Below, piece after piece: positions 30,438-39,898 of a stretch of 64,000 bases of DNA. A model generated the notes under the pieces. That model worked only from the letters and a program-made list of their open reading frames with translations. It did no database searches and was not told the DNA's origin. Position numbers and translations under genes: made by a program. The DNA comes from Bryobacterales bacterium (lineage in GTDB: Bacteria; Acidobacteriota; Terriglobia; Bryobacterales; UBA6623): contig OZ220485.1 in the NCBI GenBank assembly GCA_965116065.1, forward strand, positions 3,760,347 to 3,824,346, read 5' to 3'. How positions within the stretch are numbered: the stretch's first letter is position 1; each line of letters begins with the position of its first letter.

Positions 30438-32450
30438 TCAGTCCCCCCTGACGGCGTCCAGGTGCCGATTGCCCACCGCTGATTCTATCAGCGCCAGTCC
30501 CAGCAGCAGGAGCAGGAGCAGGCGCCAGACACGCCAGATGGGCGTGAAGCCCGACGGGACACCCGCCGTTTCGAGCGCCACTTCCGCATCTTGACCCGTC
30601 GACTGCCAGATCGCAAGTGTGTCTGGCTCGATCCTCGCAAGGCTGGATTCACGAGGGTCCGGATTCACTGCGACGAGTTCCGAGCGGCTGCCTCCCCGAA
30701 TCTCGTAGAAGCCGAGCGACTCGAGCGCGATCGTCTCGCGGCTCACCGAATCGGACAGGCCCAGGACGGACTCTCCCGACGAGTCGATGACCTGGACGGC
30801 CCCGCCGGCCCCGCGAAGCGCCCCCAACTCGATCACATCGCCCAACAGCGCTCTGCCCCGCGTCGCTCGGGCCCCGGTAAGATGGCGCGCCATCTCGGCG
30901 ACGAACGGCACGAAGACCGGAGTAAGGGGCAGATCGTTCCAGACATTGTCGAGGGTCGAGGCAAAGACCAGCACGCGTCCGCTGCCGACGGTGCGCTCGA
31001 TCAGGATCGGGTCTCCGTTCCCCAGGCGCATGGGCACGGTGTCACCCTCTTCAGGCTGCACGCGGGCATACAGGAAAAACTTGACCGGGCGAAGCCCCTC
31101 GGCAGCACCCACCACCGCGTGCGACCGGTCCGCCTCGCCAGCGACCTGGAACGGCTGACCGCCCCGCTCGGAAGACAGAGGCTGTTCCAGGGCGTGATCC
31201 GTCAGCGCCGCGCGCCGCTCGATGGTACTGTTCGGTCCGAGTGCGACGAAGACCGCGCCGCCCGCCTCGACCCAGGACCGCAGGCGCACATCGAACCCGC
31301 GTTCCAGACGGGAAACGTCGGAAAGCACCACCAAGGCGTACCCGCCCGGATCCAGACGGGCGGCCTCACCCGGAGAGACACTGTCCAACCGGTACCGCCG
31401 GGTCGCACTGGCCTCGACCGCCGAGCGGAAATAGACCAGGTCCCGCCGGCGGGCGTCCTGGGTGACGAACAGAATCCGGTCCGGATCGGAGTTGTCCAAC
31501 GCGATCCTTCGCATGTCATCCACAGTGAGACGGTCCGGGGGCTCCAGCCGGAACTCCGCCCGGCTGAAACCCCTGGGCGGGTCGGTGATCTCGAACGCAT
31601 ACGTCGAGCGGCCGCCGGCGGGCACCGCCCGCCGCTCGCTGCCAACGACCCGGCCGTCGATCGACAGCGAGACGGTGCGGTCTGCGGTCTGCGGCCCGAA
31701 ATTCGCGACCGTCACATCGAATCTGGGCCGCTCCTCTCCGAACAGCCGGGCGGCCCCCTTGATGCTGTCGATGGCCCAGTTGGTGGACTCACCGCCCGCC
31801 ACATCGTGTACGACAAGCTCCGCCGAATCCGGCAGGACCAGATCACGGAAACGAGCCGGCATGGCGGAACTCTGCAGGTCGGTCACGAGATGCACCACGG
31901 ACGTGATCTCACTGCCGACGAGCGTGCGCACGGCCTCGATCACGTCCCCGTAGTTGTTGCGGGCGTCGGTGGGCTCGAGATCTGCCAGAACGCTCCGCAA
32001 CGTGGACACGTCTTCCGTCGCATCCGTGAGGACCCGTACGGACGGTCCATTGGCGATGAGCTGGGCGCGGTCGCCGCGCCCCAGGGAGTCGATGATGCCC
32101 CGGGCCGCATCCAGGGCGGTTTCCCAACGGTTTCCGTACTGCATGCTCATCGACGTGTCCACCGCCACGACATGGAGCTTCGGAGCATCCCCGGTGATCG
32201 CTGTCGGCGGCCGTTCCCAGATCGGCCCGGCAAACGTCACGGCCAGCAGCAGCAGCAGGGCAAGGCGCAATGCCAGCAGCAGCAGGTACTGCAGCCGGCG
32301 TTCCCGCACGGTGGTCTCGGTCCGCTTGCGGAAGAACATCAGCGAACTGAACTCCAGGCGGACGGGATTCTGCCTCCGCATCAGGTGCAGCCACAGGGGC
32401 AGGCCCACCGCGAGCCCGCCAGCGAGGAACCAGGGCGACAGCAGATCCAT
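30438..32450 (-). CDS. BatA N-terminal domain + vWA-like protein
   Basis: 670 aa. The N-terminus MDLLSPWFLAGGLAVGLPLWLHLMRRQNP is the aerotolerance-regulator BatA N-terminal motif. It is followed by a second TM segment and VAVDTSMSM (vWA MIDAS-like). Confidence 0.8.
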   Translation of the reverse strand: MDLLSPWFLAGGLAVGLPLWLHLMRRQNPVRLEFSSLMFFRKRTETTVRERRLQYLLLLALRLALLLLLAVTFAGPIWERPPTAITGDAPKLHVVAVDTSMSMQYGNRWETALDAARGIIDSLGRGDRAQLIANGPSVRVLTDATEDVSTLRSVLADLEPTDARNNYGDVIEAVRTLVGSEITSVVHLVTDLQSSAMPARFRDLVLPDSAELVVHDVAGGESTNWAIDSIKGAARLFGEERPRFDVTVANFGPQTADRTVSLSIDGRVVGSERRAVPAGGRSTYAFEITDPPRGFSRAEFRLEPPDRLTVDDMRRIALDNSDPDRILFVTQDARRRDLVYFRSAVEASATRRYRLDSVSPGEAARLDPGGYALVVLSDVSRLERGFDVRLRSWVEAGGAVFVALGPNSTIERRAALTDHALEQPLSSERGGQPFQVAGEADRSHAVVGAAEGLRPVKFFLYARVQPEEGDTVPMRLGNGDPILIERTVGSGRVLVFASTLDNVWNDLPLTPVFVPFVAEMARHLTGARATRGRALLGDVIELGALRGAGGAVQVIDSSGESVLGLSDSVSRETIALESLGFYEIRGGSRSELVAVNPDPRESSLARIEPDTLAIWQSTGQDAEVALETAGVPSGFTPIWRVWRLLLLLLLGLALIESAVGNRHLDAVRGD

Positions 32451-32454
32451 GGCG

Positions 32455-33345
32455 TCAACGCCTCCGCAGGCGGAACAGCAGGTACTCGCGCAATGCGAGA
32501 TCCAGCGGCTCGGACGTATTCAGCAGGACGTAGTCGGCACCCTCCCCGCCGACGCGCCGTCTCATTTCGTTCACGTGTGCCTTGATCAGGCCCGGATAGA
32601 CGCGGCGCGCGTACTCGGAAGAGACTTCCATCCGCTCCCCGGTCTCCATGTCCTCCATCATGGCTGCCGAGGTCAGCGATGGCTGCAGTTCTTCCGGATC
32701 GAGGACATGGAAGAACACCAGATCCTGCCCCTGGTAGGCGACGGCGCGCATCGACTCGACGACTTCGTCGGCATCGACGAAGAAGTCCGAGATCATGGCC
32801 ACGAGCCCGCGACGGCGCAGCAGGCGTCCCATGGCCTGCAACGGCACATGCAGATCCGTCCCGGTCGTCGCCTCGGCCTTCTCCAGCGCATGCAGGATGC
32901 TCTGAAGGTGCCGCGGGCGGAAGACGGCCGGCCGAACTTCCCGGATCGCCTCGTCGAACAGCACCAGACCCACCGCATCGTGCTGGCGCGTCGACAGATA
33001 GGCAAGGGCGGCGGCCAGGTAGCGACCGTAGTCCAGCTTGGTCATCACGCCCGATCCGTAGCCCATCGACGCGCTGCAGTCGAGCAGGATCATCAAGTGC
33101 GTGTTGGTCTCTCCGAGGAACCGCTTGACGTACACCCGGTCCGTGCGCGAGAGCACGTTCCAATCGATGTATCGCGGGTCATCGCCCTCGGTGTAGGCAC
33201 GATACTCGGCGAACTCCTGACTGAAGCCGAACAGCGGCGAGCGGTGCTCTCCGTGGAGAAATCCGTCGACAACGGTCTTGGCAACGAGTTCGATGTTCGC
33301 GAGGCGCTGGAGGATGGCGGGGGCAAGGAGTTGCTGGCCGGCCAT
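32455..33345 (-). CDS. DUF58 domain protein (vWA-related, MoxR partner)
   Basis: 296 aa. FAEYRAYTEGDDPRYIDWNVLSRTDRVYVKRF and LLDCSASM. Confidence 0.85.
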   Translation of the reverse strand: MAGQQLLAPAILQRLANIELVAKTVVDGFLHGEHRSPLFGFSQEFAEYRAYTEGDDPRYIDWNVLSRTDRVYVKRFLGETNTHLMILLDCSASMGYGSGVMTKLDYGRYLAAALAYLSTRQHDAVGLVLFDEAIREVRPAVFRPRHLQSILHALEKAEATTGTDLHVPLQAMGRLLRRRGLVAMISDFFVDADEVVESMRAVAYQGQDLVFFHVLDPEELQPSLTSAAMMEDMETGERMEVSSEYARRVYPGLIKAHVNEMRRRVGGEGADYVLLNTSEPLDLALREYLLFRLRRR

Positions 33346-33402
33346 CGCGTCAGGCTCCCCACCCGCTCACTGACCCCGACCCGATCCGCTCGTGCATGCA
33401 GC

Positions 33403-34431
33403 CTAGTCCTGGCCAGGCGCCGGCTTGGAGTCGAGCATCGCCCGCAGCACGTCGTCCACCGTCGTCTTGTCGGACTCGGCGTAGAAGTTGGTCAGCACTC
33501 GGTGCCGAAGGATCGGCAGTGCCAGCGCCTTGAGATCCTCGACCGTGACGTGGTAGCGGCCGGCGAGCAGCGCCCGGGCCTTGGAAGCGAGCACCAGAAA
33601 CTGCGTCGCCCGTACGCTGGCCCCGTAGTTGACGTACTTCCTGACGATCTCCGGAGCTTCCGGATCCGTCGGCCTCGTCGAGCGGATGAGCGATACGGCG
33701 TACCGTGCGGTCGGCTCCGAAACCGGCACCTGCCGGACAAGCCACTGATATCGCAGGATTTCCTCGCTGGAGGTCACCGCTTCGACCTTGGGCAGCGGCG
33801 TACCGGCCGTGTTGCGATCCACGACCTCGCCTTCCTGCTCGGCCGAGAGATAGTCCAGGACAACGTTGAACAGGAAGCGGTCCAGTTGCGCCTCGGGCAG
33901 CGGATAGGTGCCCTCGAGTTCGATCGGGTTCTGGGTCGCCAGCACGAAGAACGGCAGGTTCAGCTGGTAGCTGTTGCCCCGGACGGTGACGGAGTGCTCC
34001 TGCATCGCCTCCAGCAACGCCGCCTGCGTCTTGGGCGGCGTCCGGTTCACCTCGTCGGCCAGCAGGACGTTCGTGAAGAGCGGCCCCTGCACGAACGTCC
34101 AGCTGCGCCGCCCTGTCGCCGTGTCCTCCTCCAGGATGTCCGTACCGGTGATGTCGGTCGGCATCAGATCCGGCGTGAACTGGATTCGCTTGAAGGTCAG
34201 GCCGAGCGCCGAGGCCAGCGTGCTCACCAGCAGGGTCTTGGCCGTGCCGGGCATGCCGGTGATCAGGCAGTGGCCGCCGACGAGCAGCGTGATGAGGAGA
34301 TTGTCGATCACTTCATCCTGGCCGACGATGATCAACCGGACCTGCTCGCGAATCCGGTCCATCGAGGTCCGGAACGACTGGACGAGTTCATCCGCCTGGG
34401 CAGGGTCTTCGGAGGGCAGGATCGCGTCCAT
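33403..34431 (-). CDS. MoxR-family AAA+ ATPase
   Basis: 342 aa. Walker A LITGMPGTAKT, Walker B VLLADEVNR, FFVLATQNP and LPEAQLDRF. Confidence 0.95.
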   Translation of the reverse strand: MDAILPSEDPAQADELVQSFRTSMDRIREQVRLIIVGQDEVIDNLLITLLVGGHCLITGMPGTAKTLLVSTLASALGLTFKRIQFTPDLMPTDITGTDILEEDTATGRRSWTFVQGPLFTNVLLADEVNRTPPKTQAALLEAMQEHSVTVRGNSYQLNLPFFVLATQNPIELEGTYPLPEAQLDRFLFNVVLDYLSAEQEGEVVDRNTAGTPLPKVEAVTSSEEILRYQWLVRQVPVSEPTARYAVSLIRSTRPTDPEAPEIVRKYVNYGASVRATQFLVLASKARALLAGRYHVTVEDLKALALPILRHRVLTNFYAESDKTTVDDVLRAMLDSKPAPGQD

Positions 34432-34439
34432 CGATATTC

Positions 34440-36701
34440 CTATTGCTTGACTTGCAGGAGCAACTGCAGGGCCGGTCGGTACGTCGGAGCTTGCTCCAGA
34501 GCCCGCAGCACATGCAGCCGCGCCTTGGCAGAATCGCCTATCTTAACGTAGACCCGGGCCAGGTTGTACTCGGCCGCGGCCCGGTCGAGGGGGTCGAGCG
34601 CCAGAACGGCCTCGAACTCTCGCTTCGCCAGGTCGGGTCGACCCGACGCGAGCAGGAGGTCCCCGAGCCGGGCATGGACCTCTTCGTCCTGCGGCCAGAC
34701 ATAGAGCAGGCCGTCGTACACGCCGATGGCCTCGGCGTCGCGGCCGGCTTCCTCCAGCCAGCGCCCGAGTTTCTTGAGGGTCTCGGGCTGACGCCCGCCA
34801 CGCCGTTCGTACTCGAGCAGTGCATCGACCGCTGCCTCGCGATCTCCGGTCTTGTCGTGAGCCATTGCGAGAAGGCCGTACGCGCTGCCGGCACCGACAT
34901 GCTGGGGATAGGCTTCCCTGGCTGTCCGGGCCGGATCAAGGACCGCTTCCCAGTCCTCCTCCCTGGCAGCTTCCAGGGCGCGCTTGAGATTGCGCTGCCA
35001 GCGGGGCATCCCGTCGAGCGCCGGCCCCAGGAACCCCTTGAGGTATTCGAGGAACTGCTCGTCGAATGCCTCGGGTTCCATGCCGAGCACGGCCCGGATG
35101 TTGGCGGAAGTCGTCATCTCGCTGTCGGCGAACCCGCGCAGAAGATCCACGAGTTTGGATTCCTCCCACGTCTCGGCGATGAAGCGGCAGATGTATCCGG
35201 CCTGCAGGTACGACACGGCGACCTGGCCCGGGTACCGTGGGCGGATGAAACCCCGGTCGAGGTCGGCGACCGGCAGCAGATCGCCCTTCCGCATGACCGC
35301 GACGAACTCCGGAGTGACGGACTCGCCCCAGCGCGGATCGGCCATCCACTCCTCGTACATGGAGATCCCCTCCGAGTACCACCGGGGCACCAGGTGCCCC
35401 GTGGATTCCAGCGTGAAGACATGGGCAAGCTCGTGCCACAGGGTGGTGCCCCAGTGAAAGTCGCCGGGCTCGCGGCCCGAGGGACTGTCCATGGCGACGA
35501 CGTATCCGAACGTCACCCCCAGCAGTCCGATACCGGGCATGGCCATGGTGCGGACGGCGAAGTCGTCATGGTTCGGGTAGAGTTCGACACGCACCGGACG
35601 CTCCAACTCGAAACCATACTTCCGGGTGAACGTATCGATCGCACGTTCGGTAAGGTCGAGAACGTAGGGCAGCAGCAGCGCGGACTCGTCCCGATCAAGG
35701 CGAACGTGCACCCGGGGCTCCTGACGGCCCGGCGGCACCTCGCCGGAGAATGTCTCGAACCGGTCATAGGTGTCCAGCAAACGCAGGGTATTGACCGTCT
35801 TGGCGCTATAGGGGTCCCCCCGGTAGGCGATTTCCAGGTGTCGCGCACCTTCCTCGTCAAGGCCCTCGCGCAGCAGGTTGACACCCAGTTCCGCATGGGC
35901 ACGCCAGAGCCTGGGATTGATCCGAACCGCCTTGCGGAGTCGTTCGGTCGCCTCACGGTAGCGACGGGTGATCACGTAGAAGTGAGCCTGCTCGGTGTAG
36001 ACTTCGCCGTAGCGCGGGTTGAATTCCAGGGCTTTCTCGACCCATTGATTGTCCCGCTGTCCCTCGAGCAACTCGAGCGAGGCCAGCAGTGCGTACGCCT
36101 CCAGCGGGGCTGTCTTCAGCTTCTCCGACTGACGCAGTGCCGTGACAAGACTCTTGCGGGCTTCATCGAGGCGCCCTTCCTCAAGCGCCATGCGTCCCAT
36201 CAGCAGGTGCCCCTCAACCTGATCGGGTCGTTCCTCGAGCGTCTTGCGAACCTCCTCGATCGCCTTGCCGTCGAAGCGGGTGGCGAGCACCCTGGCCATG
36301 CCGAGGCGGGCCGGCACATGCCCCGCATCGATTTCCAGTGCCTCATCGAAGAGCCTCGCCGCTTCCCTGTCCTGGTGGGAATCGATGTACAGGTAACCCC
36401 AGCGCACACGCAGGTCCGGGTTCTCCGGTTCACTCCGGACGGCCTCGCGAAACCAGTTGTTGGCCGACTTGAGGTCCCCGAGCATCCAGTACGCTTCCGC
36501 TCGCTCCGCCGGCGTGCCGTCCACCGAGATCACCTGGTAGCAGGCGGAGGCCTCGCCGAGACGGCCGCGATCGTGCAGGACATCGCAAGGATCAAGGGCG
36601 GCAGGGCGCAGCCCCCTGTCCTGCCCCCGCTGGCCCCACGCTCCCGGGACGGCGACGGCGATCAGGAACGCCACCAGCGACACCCGCAGACCGCGGGTCA
36701 C
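34440..36701 (-). CDS. Secreted TPR-repeat protein fused to a gluzincin (HEXXH...E) peptidase-like domain
   Basis: 753 aa with signal peptide MTRGLRVSLVAFLIAVAVPGAWG. TPR-like repeats sit at both ends, with a central WHELAHVF...SEGISMYEE. Its start overlaps the upstream gene's stop by 4 nt. Confidence 0.7.
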   Translation of the reverse strand: MTRGLRVSLVAFLIAVAVPGAWGQRGQDRGLRPAALDPCDVLHDRGRLGEASACYQVISVDGTPAERAEAYWMLGDLKSANNWFREAVRSEPENPDLRVRWGYLYIDSHQDREAARLFDEALEIDAGHVPARLGMARVLATRFDGKAIEEVRKTLEERPDQVEGHLLMGRMALEEGRLDEARKSLVTALRQSEKLKTAPLEAYALLASLELLEGQRDNQWVEKALEFNPRYGEVYTEQAHFYVITRRYREATERLRKAVRINPRLWRAHAELGVNLLREGLDEEGARHLEIAYRGDPYSAKTVNTLRLLDTYDRFETFSGEVPPGRQEPRVHVRLDRDESALLLPYVLDLTERAIDTFTRKYGFELERPVRVELYPNHDDFAVRTMAMPGIGLLGVTFGYVVAMDSPSGREPGDFHWGTTLWHELAHVFTLESTGHLVPRWYSEGISMYEEWMADPRWGESVTPEFVAVMRKGDLLPVADLDRGFIRPRYPGQVAVSYLQAGYICRFIAETWEESKLVDLLRGFADSEMTTSANIRAVLGMEPEAFDEQFLEYLKGFLGPALDGMPRWQRNLKRALEAAREEDWEAVLDPARTAREAYPQHVGAGSAYGLLAMAHDKTGDREAAVDALLEYERRGGRQPETLKKLGRWLEEAGRDAEAIGVYDGLLYVWPQDEEVHARLGDLLLASGRPDLAKREFEAVLALDPLDRAAAEYNLARVYVKIGDSAKARLHVLRALEQAPTYRPALQLLLQVKQ

Positions 36702-37669
36702 GGCACCCCTCGCTCTGGCGGGCGTTCGCCGTCGACGATGCGCTCCTGGATCGCAGCCAGTTCCAGCAGCAGTGCCTGCAGGGCGTCCAGGTACTCGGCT
36801 TCCACCATGTCATCCTTGCGGGCTGCCAGGTCCGCGACGCGGCGCTCGAGTTCCTCCCGCCGCAGCAGCAGGGGCCGAAGGGAGGGATCGTCGGCCAGTT
36901 CGGCAGCCTGACCGAGACGCGCCAGCAGGAATCCGTCCGCTCGCTCGCCCTGCAGTTGCGGATGCTCGGTGGCAAGCCGCTTCGCATCCTCGAAGTGCGC
37001 CCGGACCTTGCTCTCGGCATACCGGAACGCCTCCAGCGCGGAGATGGTCTCGTTCTTGTCGGTGTCCGCCTTCGCTGCGACGAAGGCCTCTGCCCAGTAC
37101 TTGCCGAAGATGGTCGCATTGCGCTCGCGCCCGTTCCTGGTGGCCGTGATGACGATCCGGCGCGGTCCCTTCAGGGTCTCCAGTGCGCCACCGCTCGAAC
37201 TCGTCGTGTTGACGACGAGCTGGCGGGCGACTGGAACGGCGTCAAGCCAGTTCTTCAGTTGCCGGTCGGTGATGTCCGGTCCCGGAATGTTGAACTTGTA
37301 GGTGCCGCCATCGTGGGAGCCATGGCCCAGAAGGAAGACCGCGAGCGAGTCGCCGGGCGCCACGGCGTCAGCCAGTTGCCCGAATTCGGACTCGATCCGC
37401 GGCAGTGTCGCCTGCGTGCCCGCGACCACCCGGACCAGCGCCTCGCTGCCCGCGACCTGCTGGAGAGCAGGCAACACCGTCCGGATCTCCTCCCGGTACC
37501 GCCGTGTGTAGTCACGGGTGCCGCCGAGCCCCTCGATGACCAGAAAGTGGGTCGCCGCCGGCGAGACGCCGGTGGCGACCGCCAGCACCGTGCCGACCAG
37601 CAGGACCGCACGCGGATACCATCGCTCGCAGCCTCTCACACGACACCCCATCGCTTCCGCAGCGTCCAC
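36698..37669 (-). CDS. Caspase/peptidase-C13-fold protein lacking the catalytic cysteine
   Basis: 323 aa. LAVFLLGHGSHDGG (His strand) followed by QLVVNTTSSSGGAL where D-x-C-x-S-G is expected. The only Cys residues are aa 9 and 14, before the hydrophobic leader. The C-terminus is coiled-coil. Confidence 0.55.
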   Translation of the reverse strand: MDAAEAMGCRVRGCERWYPRAVLLVGTVLAVATGVSPAATHFLVIEGLGGTRDYTRRYREEIRTVLPALQQVAGSEALVRVVAGTQATLPRIESEFGQLADAVAPGDSLAVFLLGHGSHDGGTYKFNIPGPDITDRQLKNWLDAVPVARQLVVNTTSSSGGALETLKGPRRIVITATRNGRERNATIFGKYWAEAFVAAKADTDKNETISALEAFRYAESKVRAHFEDAKRLATEHPQLQGERADGFLLARLGQAAELADDPSLRPLLLRREELERRVADLAARKDDMVEAEYLDALQALLLELAAIQERIVDGERPPERGVP

Positions 37670-39888
37670 TCGGCACCGCGCAGGGCCAGCAGCAGCAGAA
37701 ACAGAGCCGGCATGTTCCAGAGGTCCAGGATTTCGCGGGTCGTGATGCCGGCTTCCGAGAAACGAATCTCTCCCGGCAGCATGTCCAGCTCGTCCAGTTC
37801 CCAGTAACGCCCCCCTGTCTGCCTTGCAAGCTGCGCCAGCAGGTTCGCGTCGCGTTCGGGGTGAAAATACTCTGCCACACCTCCCTGGCGGCGGACATGG
37901 AGCGAATCCGCGCCCAGACGATCATCGCCAAGATGGGCGACAGCCTCGATACGGTACACGCCCAGGTTCGGAACATCCACCTCCGCCTCGTAGATCCCCG
38001 GTTCGGCGGAGGAAGGCCTCAGATCGACTGTCAGCGGGAGACCATCCTCGGGCGTGACGACGGCGGTCACGCTGGCGTTGTTGGCGTAGGTGTAGTCCTT
38101 GGCCCGGACCTCGGCACGCAACTCCACCCGGGACTCGTCGGCATAGTTGGACCGATTGCTCGTGAGGCGGACAGGGCCCTGCGAGCCGGCCACCAGACTG
38201 CGCAGCAACTGGCGCCAGAACGTATCGTGCCGCAGGTCGTCGCTCGGCAGCCGCATGCGCCAGCGCCAGCTTCCTCCAGTGGCGAAGATCGCGGACCGGC
38301 CATGGCCGTAGTTCTGCCGTACGAGCAGCGGCAGGCTGTCACGGCCGAAGCGGGTCGACAGAAGGGTCACGGCGGCCGGTTTGGGACTCCCCAGCCGCTG
38401 GAAATCGGCCAGTGCCGGCAACTCCTCCCACAGTTCGGCGTTTCTTTCCGGGTCGGAGTCGAGCCGGCAGACCAGCGAGTCCCGCCCCTGGGGCGAGAGT
38501 TCCGCCTTGACCCGTTCCCGGACGAACGAGTCCTCGCCCCCGACCAACGTCGCGGGCAACACATCGACGATTTCCGAATGCTGCCAGCCGCCCGCACCGA
38601 GGCCGTTGCGGCCGCCCAGCATCAGAAGCGTGCCGCCCCTGCGGCTGACGAACTCACGCACCGCAACCTGCTGCTTCGGGGAGAAGAACGGAGCCTCGAT
38701 ACTGCCGATGATCAGCGCATCATACGCGAACAGGTCCTTCTCCTCGGACGGAAAGCCGTCCTCCAGTTCCTCGGGAGTGTCGACCCCCTGGCGGTAGAAC
38801 TTGTTGGCGGATGTGCGCAGCATCGTCACCAGTTGCACGCTCGCATCGTTGTGCACGGCCCGCCGCATGAACTTGTACTGCCAACGGGGCTCTCCCTCGA
38901 CGTACAGGATACGGCGGCGCCCGCGGGGAACATCGACGATCCGGCTCCGTACGTTGTTGGCCTGAATCTCCTCCTCATCCACCGGTTCGACGGAAAAGGC
39001 GAGGTTCCGGACACCGGCCTCGCCCGCACCGAAGTCGATCCACTCGCGCCGCACCGGCTCACCCGGCCGCAAGGTGACCGGCTTGCTGGCGAGGACGCTG
39101 GAGCCATCCCGGACCGTGATGCGGGTCTGTCGCGTCTCCTCCCCGTCGTGTCGCAGGGTGACTTGGGCGCTGACCCGTGACCGCGGCAACGACCTGGCAG
39201 CAACCGTGACCGGCCCCATCTCGATGTCGCCCGCGATGCGCTCCCGTCCGACGCCGATCGTATGGACCGGGACGTTGAACTGGCGAATCTCCGCCATCAC
39301 CTCGCGCCCGAACCGCTCGGTGTTGTCCGCCCCGTCACTGACCAGCAGGACGGCCCCGAGCGGTACGGCCGTGGACTCGCGAAGCACGCTCAGCAGAGAC
39401 TCCCCGACACCGGTGCTGGCGCCCGGCTCCGGAAGCGACTCGGGCCCGAGGGAATCAATCCGTTCGGGCCGGGCCGCGAACCCGAAGAGACGCAGCTGGA
39501 ACTTGTCGGCGAGGGTCGGCAGTACCTCCTTGGACAGTGCCTCCGACGCCTGCGCAAGACGCGACACACCATTCTCGCCCAACGACATGCTGCGGGAGGT
39601 GTCCAGCAGCACGGCGACGGCGTTCTGCCGGTTCTTCAGGGACTGAATGGCCAGAGCAGGCTGCCAGAGCAGCACAAGGACAAGGGCCGTCGCCAAGCAT
39701 TGCAGGGTCCAGACGGTCCACAGGGCCCGTCCGGGCAACCGCTGCGGTACGCGACGCACATGCCAGGCGAGTCCGGCCGCGACCAGTGCACAGGCCGCTG
39801 CGAGCAGCCAGCCCGGCCAGCCGCTGGCGAGCAGGAACTCTCCCTTGCGGTAGGCGGCCAGCGGGTACTTGAAAAGAAACTCGAACAC
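37636..39888 (-). CDS. Membrane-anchored vWA-domain protein
   Basis: 750 aa, GTG start. N-terminal TM helices, then VAVLLDTSRSMS (MIDAS) and a long C-terminal region. It starts 11 nt after the DUF4159 stop. Confidence 0.7.
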   Translation of the reverse strand: MFEFLFKYPLAAYRKGEFLLASGWPGWLLAAACALVAAGLAWHVRRVPQRLPGRALWTVWTLQCLATALVLVLLWQPALAIQSLKNRQNAVAVLLDTSRSMSLGENGVSRLAQASEALSKEVLPTLADKFQLRLFGFAARPERIDSLGPESLPEPGASTGVGESLLSVLRESTAVPLGAVLLVSDGADNTERFGREVMAEIRQFNVPVHTIGVGRERIAGDIEMGPVTVAARSLPRSRVSAQVTLRHDGEETRQTRITVRDGSSVLASKPVTLRPGEPVRREWIDFGAGEAGVRNLAFSVEPVDEEEIQANNVRSRIVDVPRGRRRILYVEGEPRWQYKFMRRAVHNDASVQLVTMLRTSANKFYRQGVDTPEELEDGFPSEEKDLFAYDALIIGSIEAPFFSPKQQVAVREFVSRRGGTLLMLGGRNGLGAGGWQHSEIVDVLPATLVGGEDSFVRERVKAELSPQGRDSLVCRLDSDPERNAELWEELPALADFQRLGSPKPAAVTLLSTRFGRDSLPLLVRQNYGHGRSAIFATGGSWRWRMRLPSDDLRHDTFWRQLLRSLVAGSQGPVRLTSNRSNYADESRVELRAEVRAKDYTYANNASVTAVVTPEDGLPLTVDLRPSSAEPGIYEAEVDVPNLGVYRIEAVAHLGDDRLGADSLHVRRQGGVAEYFHPERDANLLAQLARQTGGRYWELDELDMLPGEIRFSEAGITTREILDLWNMPALFLLLLALRGAEWTLRKRWGVV

Positions 39889-39898
39889 CTCGGCCCAC

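Noticed and set aside
28151-36911. Very long plus-strand ORFs (759, 664, 865 and 822 aa) running antisense to the Bat-like cluster. Similar cases are 58175..60961 opposite bamA and 47998..49164 opposite rimO.
   Set aside because: They are Arg/Pro/Gly/His-rich with no recognisable motifs, and they lie exactly opposite genes with strong family signatures. These are typical stop-free shadow frames of GC3-rich coding sequence.
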